This document shows, piece by piece, positions 48,083 to 61,000 of a stretch of 64,000 nucleotides of DNA (positions are counted from its first letter, which is position 1; each line of letters starts with the position of its first letter). The position numbers and the translations under genes are program-made. The notes under the pieces were generated by a model that saw nothing but the letters and a program-made list of their open reading frames with translations, did no database searches and was not told the DNA's origin. The stretch is from Lama glama (Eukaryota): the NCBI GenBank assembly GCA_028534125.1, contig CM052839.1:14074001-14138000 (forward strand), read 5' to 3'.

Positions 48083-48088
48083 ATTAAA
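48083..48088 (+). terminator. ATPAF2: Candidate ATPAF2 polyadenylation signal ATTAAA
   Basis: ATTAAA about 95 nt after the stop, followed by GT/T-rich sequence. Confidence 0.55.
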
Positions 48089-48860
48089 TGGTTCTCGCAG
48101 GTAAACGTGTGGAGCCCAGTTTTTCCTCGTCTCGCCCCTCCCATTGCATCTGGGCTTCCCAAGGCCACACAGCTGGCCTCTGGGCAGGTCCTGGCGTCCC
48201 CGGCGTGGCGGGGCCCTCCTACCGGGGAAATGGTGGCCCTTGGCCCTGAGGCTTTTTATTTCCTGGTTTTTAATCAGTCTTTTCAAAGTGAGTCATTTTT
48301 GGTCCAAGCTGTTTGTATTTTTTTGCTGTTTCAGGAGAAAAGGATTTACTCTTGAAAACAGAAGATATTTGTTGTTCTGGGTTAAAAGCCTGAGTAAGGC
48401 CACCTGATGTGCACTCTTCCTGCTCAGGGAGCCACTTACTTGCAGGGCTCCAGGTGGCAGGCAGGCTCTCCTGGTGCCTGGACCCAGGGTGGAGCGGGAG
48501 GGGTCTGTGAGTTTCAGGCTCGCAGGCCCCCCCATCCTTGCCCAGCACCCCCCTCCCCACCCCCCGACTGTGCTCAGAGGAGGTACCATCACGTCCCCAC
48601 TTCACGGATGATGGATGACGCCTGGCTGTGCTCTCCAAAGGGTCTCGCATCCCTGCGGCTTCCACCTGGGTGGGCTGACTGGGGACAGGGGCTGAGTGCA
48701 CGTCATTCTGCCCCCCAGCAGCCAGCGGCCTCCTGCCCTGGGTGCGGCAGGATGGCTGGGAGCCTGGCCCTGGGACATCGCTCTGAGCTGGCACCAGCTG
48801 CCCAAACGTGGACATGAATGCCGGTTACTTTTTTAAAGAAGGAGAAAGGTGACCCAGTCC

Positions 48861-48866
48861 TTTATT
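48861..48866 (-). terminator. DRC3: DRC3 polyadenylation signal AATAAA
   Basis: tttatt on the + strand, 55 nt past the TAG. Confidence 0.7.
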
Positions 48867-48920
48867 TCTCTGTGCATCTGCACGTCCCCTCTTGTGGGGA
48901 AGGCTGGCATGGCCGCAGCA

Positions 48921-49034
48921 CTAGTCCAGGATGTCACCGCACTCCAGGCTGTCCAGCTCACCCTGCACGTGGTCCACGTACTGGTTAATCTCCTTCACGC
49001 GCCTGCGATTCCTTGTCATCTCGTCCTTGTGAAT
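48921..49034 (-). CDS. DRC3: DRC3 last exon (coding part)
   Basis: [37 protein letters not shown], stop TAG. Confidence 0.95.
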   Translation of the reverse strand: MHKDEMTRNRRRVKEINQYVDHVQGELDSLECGDILD

Positions 49035-52000
49035 CTGAGGGGAGAGACCACGGCCCGGCACCCATCAGGCAGAGGACTCAAGAACCTCTTACTGAGTCCG
49101 TCTAGGGAGAAGCAGTTCCTGAAATGGCCCTGTCCGTCTGTCCGTCCCTCTCTCCCAGCCTCCGGGCTGGTGTCAGCAGCCGTGCCCTCCCCTCCGTCCT
49201 GCTGAGGCAGTGCGCTCGCTCACCTTGTCCACCAGGTGTGTGCACCAAGAGTTGACCCGGGTCACCAGCTCGTCCTCCCGGTTGTCGATCTTCAGCAGGT
49301 GCGTGTCGTGGGATGTCCCGACCGCATTAACAGTCGTGTCTTTGTCGACAAAGAGCTGGGAGTGGGAAGGAGCCCGTGAGGACTAGGGCCCTGCCCTGAG
49401 CACAGAGGCAGGCCCTGAACCAGTCGCTGCCTCACGGCCCACCAGCTTGTCTTTGGGACCACACACCCCAGCGTGGCAGAGGCCAGCGGCCACTGGGCAG
49501 TCCTTGAGTCTGGGAGCAAGCTTTCCAGGGAGGAGGCAGATGGCTGCTCTGGGTGTCCTGACCGTGGTTGTCAGGTCCGACCTACCTGAGATCTGCCCGT
49601 CGGGTGGGAAGCCTGGGGCTCAGGCTGCTCTGGGGACAGAAGGCTCCACAAACCGATGGGACCCTCCACTGCCCCTCATGTGGACCTAGGGGGACCTGGG
49701 GCTCCCCATGGGCTCCTGCTTCTTGTTTGCACCTGGTTCCCTGCTGTGTACAGTGATGTGGGAGGCAACCCCCACCAGGTTCCAGGTGTTCACGCCTGAG
49801 TCAGGTGTCACCAAGGACCCGAGGGTGTTGTAGAGAGGGTGTGGGTGGGTTTGTCTGTCCTCGGGAGTGGTTACCTAATCGTCTCCAAAGTATGGCCTGT
49901 GGAATCTTGAGATGTTAGTATCTCTGCAAAAAGTATTCTTCAGTCAAGTGCATTTGGGGGAAACTGCAAGTGAGGGCTGTTCAGAGCGGTGTCGTCAGCG
50001 TGACTTGTTACGACCTGCTCTTCGATAAAAGAAGCAGAAACCAGGGGCCCTAGTCCCTCATCTGAACACCTCTGTCCTGCTCTAGGCTGCCATGTTCAAG
50101 CTCCACCACTGAGACGCTCGCTGGGTGTCAGTGGGCTGGTGACTCTCATCTCTGTGCCTCGGTTTCCTCTTCTGTGAAAGGGAACCACAGTGGCACCTGT
50201 CTTACTGTGTTGATGTGAACAGTCTTATGAGCAAATCAACATAAACACGACAACCTGCACTGTGATGGGGAGACGGTGGGCGTTCCGGAAGGTGATGAGG
50301 GAAGGCTCCCCAAGGAGCTGACGTTTGAGCTGAGCTCTGATGATGAGGAGCTAGGCCTGGGGGAAGGGCGTGTCTGCCCCCAGAACAGTGCTGAGAGGAG
50401 CAAACAAGGGTGGTGGGCACCAGTGTCTGGGACCATGGTGACGAATTACTCCAGGAGCCCTGGGAAGCCACCAGGGCGTGTTGTGCAAAGCTTGGGATGC
50501 AGTTTGGGCTTTCAAAGTGTCTGACCTCGTGGAGGAGGGCAGGAAGGCCGGTGGGCCCGCAAAGGGTGCTGGGAGCTTGACTTGGTGGGACGTGGAGGTG
50601 GAGGGAGGTGAGAACGGGGTAGTGCATGGTGAAGGAAGGAGAGCAGGCACCCTTCCCAGAGACACAGCACACCTGCTGCTGGCCCCCAGCGTGGGAGACC
50701 CCGAGCCCCGCGAGCGAGCGAGCAAGCGAGCAGACGTGGGCGGAGCTGACCGCGACCACAGCCATTCATCACTAGGGGAGTGGTCAGAGACCCCAGCAGT
50801 GCTGCTCGCCAGACTCGGGGGCTGAGACAGCCTTCAGGGGAAGCCTCAGGCCTTAACCTCTATTTGTAGTGGTCTCTCTTAGGAAGTGCCGGAAGCCCCA
50901 CAGAAGTGAGCGTTTGGAAGCCAGCCTGTGGGTAAGTTGAAAGCATTCGGTTATCACAGCTCCCTAGCTGGGCCCCCTAGTGCCCACAGGTGCCTCATTT
51001 GTTAGCTTCCTTCACCCGCCGACCACCGTGCATAGGGGGTTACATCCTTCGCAGATGAGGAAACCGAGGCTGGAGGGGGATGCGGCGCCCCGCCCGCCCC
51101 GCCACGGCCACGCCCACCAGGGTACAACCCCGCCCACGCCAGTCGCGCTCACCGGGCGCACGTCTTCCGGCAGGTCCTCGTCCAGCTCGCCCTTGACTAT
51201 CTTCTCCAAGATGTTGATGGCGATCTCCAGGAGCTTCTCGTGGTGGTGGTTCTCTAGGTCCCGGCACTGAGCCATCGTGCAGCGTGAGTTAAGCCATGAC
51301 TAGGGTCGAGAAGGCTGGGCTTCCCTCCCCTGCGCTGGGCGGAGCCCGAGGGCCCCGGGCATCCTCCTCTTCACCGCCACACCTGCCTCACACCCCTCGG
51401 GGTCCCTCCTCGCCGCAGCATCTCCCCTCCAGCCCTTTCTGAGGGCTCCCCACCCTCTGTTGTGACCCAAAGACCCCCTCTTAAAACCACCTCTCCCCAT
51501 TCTCTGGGCCTGGATGTCCTCCCACGTTCCCAGCTGGTCCCTCTGGCCCACCCCCAGGTCCTCACCTAGTGGACCTTCCTCAGGTAGCTGCCTCCATACC
51601 TCTGTGTCCCTGTGGGACTCTGGGCCCAGGAGGGCAGGACTGGGGTGACTTCTGGGGTGAACTTTAGGGCCCTGACTTCCCCCGTGGCAGAAGGTTGGTC
51701 ACACCCCAAATGTCGGCCTCTAACCTGACCATCGACCTCATTTATAAGTGATTTGTCAGTGTCTTCAGCACCAAGGCCGGCCCTCCCCCAGGGCATGTGC
51801 ACCTGCAGCACAGGGGCCGGGGGGGATTCTGGGGTCTGGTCTTCTGGTGAGGTCAGGCATTTGGGAACAAACATGCCAGGACTTCTGCTGCGAGCAGTGG
51901 CCCACAGAGCCACCCAGTCCACTCTAAGCAGGCGCTGTTGTGCTGAGGGTCAGGAAGCGATCCTTGAACTTTCCAACTGGTTGTCAAACCTCCATCCTCT

Positions 52001-55000
52001 AAAGGTGGGCTATTTCCTTGGTGAAAACCTGGAGGTTTCTTCTTCAAAAGTGGAGATTCCCGCTGAAGAGGATCCTGCTAATCTCCTCTTGGTACAGATA
52101 TAGATCTTCCGTAAATCAAACGGGGCACAGGCACTTCTGGTAAACAGCGAGGTCTGGTGATGAAACGCTGATTTGTTGCTGTCTCTGCCAGCATGTCTGG
52201 GGCACTGGCAGGCTCGTCACCCCACTGTGGCCACCAGGAAGGTGCATCCAGAGATCCCCTCTGGGCCTTTTGTTACACGTGCAGGTGCCTCCCCCAGCCT
52301 ACTGGCGGCCGGGGACACTGGCCGGGCCAGGAGAGCCCCCTGGGCCCACAGCACCTCCCCAGGAGGGTCACCGAGGAAAGGATATAGGCTTTGGACATTT
52401 TCAATAAAGAGTTCCACCAGATCGACAATGTTCCTTTCAAACATATTTATAGTCTCCTGGAAACAATGAAGAACACAGCTGTCATGTATATTCAGACACG
52501 AACTCCACTGACCTAGCGCCAAAGCAGAAGCTGCTCCTTACAACTTAGCAGGCACCTCCTCTGACTGCAGACCTTAAGGGTAAAGACACCCCCCGACCAT
52601 CCCAGGTGCACGCTGTGTCCTGACCGCTCTCCACAGCCGTTACTCTCCAGCCATTGTGCCTCGCTCACCACCCTGGAGGTTTAGTGCAGTGCCTTCTCCA
52701 GGCCTTTGCACGCACTGCTGTCTCTGCAGGAACACCTGTCTTGGTCGTCCCCACAAAACACGCACACAGAGCTTCCCCTTCCTCTGGGCTTCTCAGTGGC
52801 ATCTGCCTCCCTCACCTCCAGAGAAACAGGAGGGAGTTGCTAAGAGCCAGGCTGCCTGCCAGCTCCACCACTGTGTGAACTCTGGGAATGTTGGCTAACT
52901 TCCTGGGGCCTTGATGTCTTCATCTATAAAATGGGTTTCCTTTGCACAGTTCATGTCTCAGGAGGTTGCAGTGAAGCATAAATGGGGATCTTCACCCAAA
53001 ATGCTTGGCAAGGTGCCTGGTGGAGAGGAAACTCTTGGTAATGCTGGCTGTTCCCCTAGACCGCAGGTGTGGCTGCTGGCAGGGCTCCCGCCTCCCTCCT
53101 CAAGGGCACCCCTGCACTGCATCCCAGCGCTCAGCCGGGCTCCCCCACGCCATGGTGGTGGCTGCCACCTGGTGAGCCCGCAGGATGGTCAGGCTCTGAC
53201 CCACCATAGACTACAGGGCTCAGACCGTCCATGAGTCAGGGCCATCTGCAGACGAGCCAGTCTTACATTTTTCTCAACACTCTTGTAATGAATAAATATA
53301 GGATCGCTAAAAATAATGTAGTAGCTTTTTGGCTGCTAGTAATACAAGTATGGCGGCTGGCTATGCATCCTGGGGAATTTCGATGTTGAAAAGGAGCTCT
53401 CCCTGCTCGACCGGGAGCCGCTGCTGCCTGAGCCTCCCGGTGCCCTGTGGCAGCCTTCTGCAGAGCCGGAGCCTCCCCGGCGGGGCGAGCATCTGGCCTG
53501 TGATGTGGCTGACATGTCGCTTGACACAGGAGCCACTGATGAGGCGCTGCCTCTGGGCCCAGCCGCGCAGCGTGGGGAGGGTCAGGTCATCACCACGCTG
53601 CAGACTCGAGCCACCAGCCAGGCTGGCCGCCCGGGGCTTCAGGCAGCAGTACTTCTTGTCCCCACTGCTTGACGCTCAGTCTCGGGCTCCTGTGCTCAGT
53701 GTGGGGAGCCTTGGCTTCATCCCTGACTGGGGTCCAGAGCTGGGTCCACTGGTTTTCAAGCACCTGCACAGCACCTTGGGTCTAATTAAAAAAAGCCTCT
53801 TCCAGCTGAGGGTCTGGGCTCTTCCCCAATGGGGAGAACATTCCAGAGGCATGAGCTCACCTCTCCTGCTGCACAAGGACCACTTGTGATCTCAGTGACT
53901 GGAAAGCATTGGAAGCAAACCCCAGACTGATGAGCAGGGACGCTTTAGCCCGGCCCGGGAGCCACACGACGTTTCCAGCAGGGGAGCGCCCGGGAAGGCC
54001 GCAGCTGGTGCGCGGGTTCCTGCAAATGAGCCTCCACATCGCACCGGTGCCCGGGGACCCGCTTACCTCCAGCTGCTCCACCAGCTGCATCTCCAGCGTC
54101 ATGAGCGCGTTGGAGAGCTCAGCGATGTCCTCTCTCTGCTCTGCTATCTTTGTCTCGATGTTGGTCAGCTCGGACTCGCCACGGATGGCACTTAAATTCT
54201 GGGGACAAAAGCTGTGCTTTAGGAATCCACAGCTAAGAGTAACTGTAATTACTGTAGTGACAGGTGGCAATGTGGTTTTGTGGGTAAGAACTTGGATGCT
54301 GGAGTCGGGCTGCCCAAGTTCCAGTGTCAGCTCTGCCCACTCCACGCCTGTAGGCCATCGGAGCAGACGCCCTGCTCGCTGGTGCATCAGCACAATGTCT
54401 TACTGGGCCTGGAGAGGAGTGATGGCTTCAGAGTCAGCGGGACCTGAACTGGGGTCTGTCTGAGTCACTGTGTGACCTTGAGTGAGCCTCTTCCATTCTC
54501 TAAACTCCTGTTTTCTCAGGTGCAGGGGCAGAGAGCCTGCCTGGGCTTCACAAAGCCTGGGATTAGGTGGTGTCTGTGAGGTCCGGCCTCACAGTGGGAC
54601 TGGCAACTCGGGAGGCTCTGATTGGAGGCCCGGAGCAGACACACGGGGGAGAGGCCCACACAGCACCCCGGGGGGTGAGCAGATGCAGGTCCCTCTGGGA
54701 TGAGTGGGTGCCCATGGGCTGGAAAGCACGTGGGTCCGAGCCCGGCCCCCAGGACCAGCCACTCACTAACGAGGGGCCTGGGGACTTGGCCACCAGACAC
54801 AGTGTCAACAGAGTGACCCAGCATGGCTGGGTGGTACCGGCGGGAGCCCAAGCTTGGCTCTGCGCTGAGTGCGTGACCTCTGTAAATGGGGACTGTGCCC
54901 CTGGGTCTCGGGTCCCCAAGGTGCAGGGGCCAGGCCGATGGCAGGTGGGTGTCTGTGGCAGGCGGCAGGGGCTGGGGGGGAGCCTACCAGCAAGTGCTTC

Positions 55001-58000
55001 TCCTCGAACTCGGCAGTCCTGTGTCTGCCCTGTGCCTGGTTCTCCTGGACGGCCTCTTGGACACGCTCGTTGAAGGTGTCGAGCTCCACTTTCCGCTTCT
55101 CCTGCTGCTTCAGGCCGTACTCGAAGATGTTCAGGCAGATGATGACGAACTTGTCCTTGTAGGTGAGTGGCTGTCAAGGAAGCTCGCAGCTGCTGGGGGC
55201 GGGAGACGGGTAGGCTGGTGGGGGTGCAGACGAGGGTGGAGGTAGCTCCTGGGTTGGGATTTGGAGAATAATGCGGTGGGGCAACCTCAGGCTGAGGGGT
55301 TCAGGACCCGGAGCTGCCTTGAGGGAGGAGGCGACGGAGCAGAGGAGAGACTCGGAGGGACCGGGAGGGGCCGGAAGGGGCCGGAAGCTGGGCAGTGTTT
55401 TGTCTCTGGGGCACCTCTGTCCAAGTGAGCCAGCTGCGGGTGACAGCCAGGCCAGGAGGGCAGCCCCCCCCCCGGTCTCTCAGGAGCAGTGGTGCTTAGG
55501 AGCAGGTTTCTCTCCCCGGCTACTGTGACTTGCTGTCCATCCTGAGTCTGTCCTGGTCCCTCAGCCTGCAGTGTAGCTGCACCAGTGGCAGGTGCTGGTG
55601 GCGTCCTCTGGGAGAGAGGACCAGGCTCTCAGCCCACAGCTCCGAACTGTGGGGCCCTGACAAGCCACCCTCTCCAAGCTGAGTGTCCCCAGCTATAGGA
55701 CAGGATCCGTCTAGCGGCGGGTTGAGGAAATTATAAATCCTGGATGCCAAGCGTGCAGCAGGGACTGGTAAATGTGGGGAATGGGGATTACGCCACAGAC
55801 ACCTCAGTCAGTCTCCAGGTCGGCACCCTGGGCCCCGCCGACCAGACACTCAGCGTGTCCCCCGGCAGCTCAGCCCATCACTGCCCCGAGGGTGGGGAAC
55901 CGGGGCCCAGAGTGGAAGGGCCTCCCCGGGGCCTGGAAGGATATGTCTCCATGAGCTCAGCCACGCCGGGCAGGCTCGCCAGCTTGCTGCCCTCCACGTC
56001 TTCGGCGTACATGCTGTCGAACAGGAAGGAGCCGTTCAGGTTCTCCACGAAGGCAGCCTGCAGCAGAGACACGGGGGCTCCCTGGGCGGGGCCCTGTGCT
56101 GGGCACCGGGCTGTGGGCGCCTGGCCCTCAAGGAAGGCTGGGCGGGGAAGGTCCAGAGGCAGAAAACTGAAGGGGGCTGGCCCCGTCCGGCTGGAGGGAG
56201 GGCCATGGGGAGGCTGTGACAGACCGCCCAGGGGTCTTAAGGGAAGGGGGCTACTCTGATAGATTGCTGGGCGCAGTGTCTCTGCCCCGCGTGCTGGAGG
56301 AGCCCGGGGGCAGTCGGACAGAGGGAGGCGGGGACTGGCTGGCTCCACCAGAGCCAGGTGAGGCTGGGCAGCATATTTGCAATCAAAAGACAGCATTGGC
56401 CCCGTGACCCTGGCGGGGCAGGGAAAGGTGGGGAGCGGGGTCCTCCTGCCAGCGTTCCCCCCAACCTTGTGCTCCTCCAGCTCCTCCCGCCGGGCCTGCT
56501 CATCTTCCAGCCGGGCCTGCATCAGGTTCTCCTGGTGCTTCAGCTCATCTGTGCTGTACTGGTGCTTCACCTCCGCCAGCTCCTTCTGTTGGGGGAGCAG
56601 GAAGGGCATCATTCTCAGGGGACATGGGGTCCCTCCCAGCCTCGCTGGCCTCGGCCGTGCTGGGCCTTTCCAGCCGCGGGTGGGGGGCGGTGTGCATGGT
56701 GCTCAGATTCTGAGTCTAGGGTAACTAGCGAAGGACTGGGGAGAGGGGAAGCAACACAGGCGGGCGGGGGATCCTGCAGGAATCGCCCGACAGACGCAGG
56801 ACGAGCAGGGGCCGCCCTTGCTCTCTCCCGTGAACGCAGCGCCCTGATCTCTCCCCCTTTGCCTGACACCCGGGGCCTGAAGACTGAGCCACGTAGCTGG
56901 GACACCAGAGGGAGACACTTGCCGTGTGGTCGTCGATGCGCCGGAAGTCCAGGTACACAAGGTCGGGAAGGTAGGCACAAATGAACATCCTGTAATCCTC
57001 CGCTGCGGCGATGGGGTTCCCTGCGAGGCTCAGCGTCCGCAGGTCCTTGAACCGCCGCAGGTAGATGATCTGCAGGAGGAGGGGAGAGACACCGCCCGCC
57101 TCCTCCAGCCTCCGCCAGTGCTGGGTGCATGGATGGGGGAGGGGGGCTGGGGCCCCGGGCTGGATGGCAGGACCGAGGCCTTCGGTCAGCAGGCCTGGGC
57201 TCACATCCTCACTGTGGGCCCCAGGCCAGCCACCTCCCAGCCGGGAGCCTCAACTTCCCTACCTGTAGAACGAGGGCGAGGGCACTGTGTGTGCAGGGAC
57301 CATCACTGAGAAGAGGCCCCCAGCCCCTCCGCAGACGGCCAGGCTGTGCTCACCACCACCACTCTCACAGGGGAGGCCTCTTCCAGCTGCAAAGTGCTGT
57401 GAGGCCCGAAGCTCTTAGTTACATGGAACCTGATCTCAGTTAGCCTGGACCAGCTGGTGGGAGGTCCACCAGCCGCTGTTTATTCTCCCTTTGCTCTGTT
57501 CTTAGCAAAACGGGGCAGGCCAATAAGACTGCTAGAGTTTCATTTGACAGCGTCTCCTGTGCTACGTGAAAGAGGAGAGAAGAAACCTCATGAGCTGTTC
57601 TGGACAATTTCTTTGTCATTTGTTTATTCGTTCAACAAGCATCGTTAGGCACCTGCCAGGCCTCAGACACGTGCTGGACTTTGGGGAAACGAGAGGAAAC
57701 AAAGCCTTTAGAGCAAGAGCTTACGTTCTAAAGGCAGGGAGCCAGACTGTTTGAAAAAGTAAGTAAAATCATTACTGTTCAGCCTAAGTGCTACAGGAAC
57801 TCAAAGAGGGGGCACGACAGACAATGACGGGAAGTTTTCGGGTAGGGCTCGGGTCTCTGAGGCCTGAGGGAGCAGCCAAGGAACAGCAGGGGTGAGTGCA
57901 TTCCCAGAAGCAAAAATAGCACAAGCAAAGGCCCTGAGGCAGGAAAGAGCCCAGCAAGGCCAGAGAGGCTGCAGCTGGTTGGGGAAGGGTGGGGGAAAAC

Positions 58001-61000
58001 ATGACCTAACACCTCAGAGGCTGCTGCCAAGAGTTTGAGTCTTGTCCGAAGGACTGGAAGTCACTGGGGTTCTCAGTGTACATCGAGTGGGGGTGTCGGG
58101 ATCTGATTTAACTTTTAAGAGCTCTCCTGATGAGATTCCATTTTTCATCTTTTAGATCATCAAGGAGAGAAAGGTCTGATGACAAAGGGTGTTGTGGATG
58201 GTGAGGGGGACAGGCCTTCTGGTAACTGCTGGTGGGTTTATAAATGGTCCCACTTCTGCCGAGGGCAATTGGCAAGATCTGTCAAAATAACAAGGGCACA
58301 CGCCCTCAGACCCAGCAGTTCTCCTCTCGGAACATATCTTACGGATGGGCTTGTCTAGCGCCTGTTAAGGGCACTGTTAAAGCCTGCATGTACTGGCACG
58401 AGATTGGAAACCACCTCAGCGTCCACCCACGCAGGGGGCTGGCAAAGTCCCCCCCAGAACGTCAGACAGAAGGGGGACCGCCAACTCGGGAGGACCGGGG
58501 CCAACCAGAGGCCGGCGCCCAGAGGGCATCTGGTCGCACATGACAATCATGCAAAACATTGAAGCCACGAGATGCCTGGAAAGACACACGTGCAATTGAG
58601 AAGCAGCTATGGCCTCTGGAAGGGGACGCAGGAACGAAGGTCAGGAGTGGGGCTCCTCCTTGCATGCCCTGAGTTCTGCCCAAATGCCTGCTTGTTTTTA
58701 GTGCAATAAACAGGTATTAAAGCAAGCTTAGGAAATAAATAAGAAAGTCTGTCATTAGATGTCAGAGACACTGTGCAGATAAGGGCTACCACCAGAGACG
58801 CTCAGGCTCATAGGTTAAGTCAGGGCTCTCTGGGTCAAGTCACCTGATTAGGTGACGAGGTCCAGGGGTCTCAGAGCACTGAGATCTGATCTCAGGACCC
58901 CTGGCAGCTTCTTCCTTCCTCTCTCCACATGTTTCTCCCGTATTCACGGGGGACCACCTGGCACCCAGCACCCCCCGGAAAGGGGGATAGGGATGGGAGA
59001 ATGGCCAAGGCCAGGGGAGGGGCACCCACAGCAGGGTTGCCTCAGACTCTGAGTGAAGTGCCTCGAAGTGCATCACCTCAGTCAATCCCTGGCAGGTGGG
59101 TCACAGCCATTATCTTCATTTTACAGATGAGGAAACTGAGGCCAGCAGGCTCGAGGCTCAGGGTGTGCAGCTTGGGTGTGGCCCCCGAGCCACATGACTG
59201 ACCCAAGGGGGAAAGGAACTTGAAAGGTGCTGGAAGCCCCCAGACTGACCGGCAGCTGGGGGAGCAGGTCCCAGCACGGTCCTGCCCAGGAGCTGTCTGG
59301 AAAAGTCACCTCTGACGCAAGACCCTTATAGATGCTGCCACACCCCCAGCTCGCTGCTGCAGACCTGTTGTGGGGTGTGCAGGGGAAGCCCGCCTTCCCC
59401 CAGTGACCAGTGACTTCTGCCCACCCCCAGCACACACACCCCTGGCACCCGGGGTGGCGTCTTGTCTCCTTGCGTCTTGATTAGGGTGTCTGCTGGGCAC
59501 CCCGAGGGACCTTCTGTTTCTGTGCCCACTGAGCACAGGCCAGAGGCCTCAGGCCAATAGATCCTCCCTCAGCAAACGTTTGTGGGGCGAGAGAGTGTGG
59601 GGCGCAGGGAAGGGGAGACTCCACTGAGGCAGAGGCACACACTGGGACCCACAGATGGGCTCTCATGGGTTAGAATAGTGTCTAAATGTCATCCAACCTG
59701 GATTTCCGGCTGCTCCAGGAAAAAGGGAGGATCTGGAAGCTCAGCCTCGGCCCGCCGGCCCCGCCCCTCTCGCCGGCCCTCGACCCAGCCCAGTCCGCCG
59801 GCCCGCTCCAGGCCACGCCCGCCGTCCCCGCGCTCACGTTCATCAGGTTTCCAATCCGGTTGTTGCCCAGGGACAGAACCTGCAGCTTGACCAGGGCGTC
59901 CAGAGAGTCGATCTTGGCGATTCGGTTGTTGAACAGGCTCAGGTCCTCCAGGTTCACCAGCGTGTCCAGCCCCTCTATGGTCTCAATATTGTTGAAGGAC
60001 AGGTCTGCGGAAGAGGGCCGTGGGGTCTGGGCCTGGGTTGGGGGTGACCGTCCCCCCGCAGCTCCGTGCCCTTGCCAGCTTGGCCGCTCAGCTTCCGGGC
60101 CGGGACTTGGGTCTACGCTGCCCTGTTCTGGGGTGGAAACTCACTGGCAGGTCAGAGCAGTGCATCTTGGGGTGGGGGTGACAGTTCCCTCCCAGCTGTG
60201 CCACTGCTGGCTCGCCCCCCCAAAACCCCAGCCCCAACCCCAGCTGAGACGTCAGACCTTCTCTAGCTCTAGTCACATCTTTGGGAATAAAACAGCTCTC
60301 TCCCCACTGCAGGTCTGGGGGCTTGGTTGGGGTTGGGGCTGCCACCCTGTCCTGAACACCCGTGGCCCAGAGGCCCAGACTGGGGACTTTTCATGAGTGT
60401 TCAGATAAGCTGTCACATTTAAAGGTGATTCAGGAAGTCAGTTTATTCACATCTAAATTTAGCCTCCTTGTCACATCAGGGGATGCTCACCTGCCAACAG
60501 TGGGGACTGACAATTTATTGTCCTTTCCCCATGCCAGGCCCTCCCAGTGCATTTCCTCATTCAGTCCTCACAGCACAGGTGTCACCACCTGCACCTTATG
60601 GACAAGGAAACGAGGATTCAAAGAGGCCTGGGGGTGTGCCCAAGATCCACAGCATATAAAGAAAATGAGGTTCAGAGGCTGAAGTAACTTGTACAAAACA
60701 GGCTGGGACCCGCACCGGAGTCTGCCAACACCACGCCTGCCCCTTCCTTTCCCTCCGCGCAGCCTGGCTGCAATCTTTGCAGGTGTGCTGGGAAAGGCCC
60801 CGATCTGTAGCGCTTGCTAAATCCTTTGTTGTAAATACTCCCACTGTGGCCAATTTCAAGCTCCCAACAGGACATCCCTGAATGTAAAGTTGGGACGAGA
60901 TGTGAGCATTCAGCTTTTGGGGGTCTATATTAGCTGGCTGCGGCTCACCCTTAGCCCTGGGATGGCTGGCTGCAGGGGGCCACCAGCAGGGCCTGTGTGT

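Noticed and set aside
55160-55168. Consensus donor AG|GTGAGT on + at the DRC3 AT-AC acceptor
   Set aside because: It is just the reverse complement of ACTCAC|CT; there is no evidence for a + strand transcript here.
59686-60396. 236-aa ORF on +, and similar ones at 8084-8791, 53909-54463 and 56358-56984
   Set aside because: Antisense shadows of DRC3 or DRG2 exons caused by high GC3.
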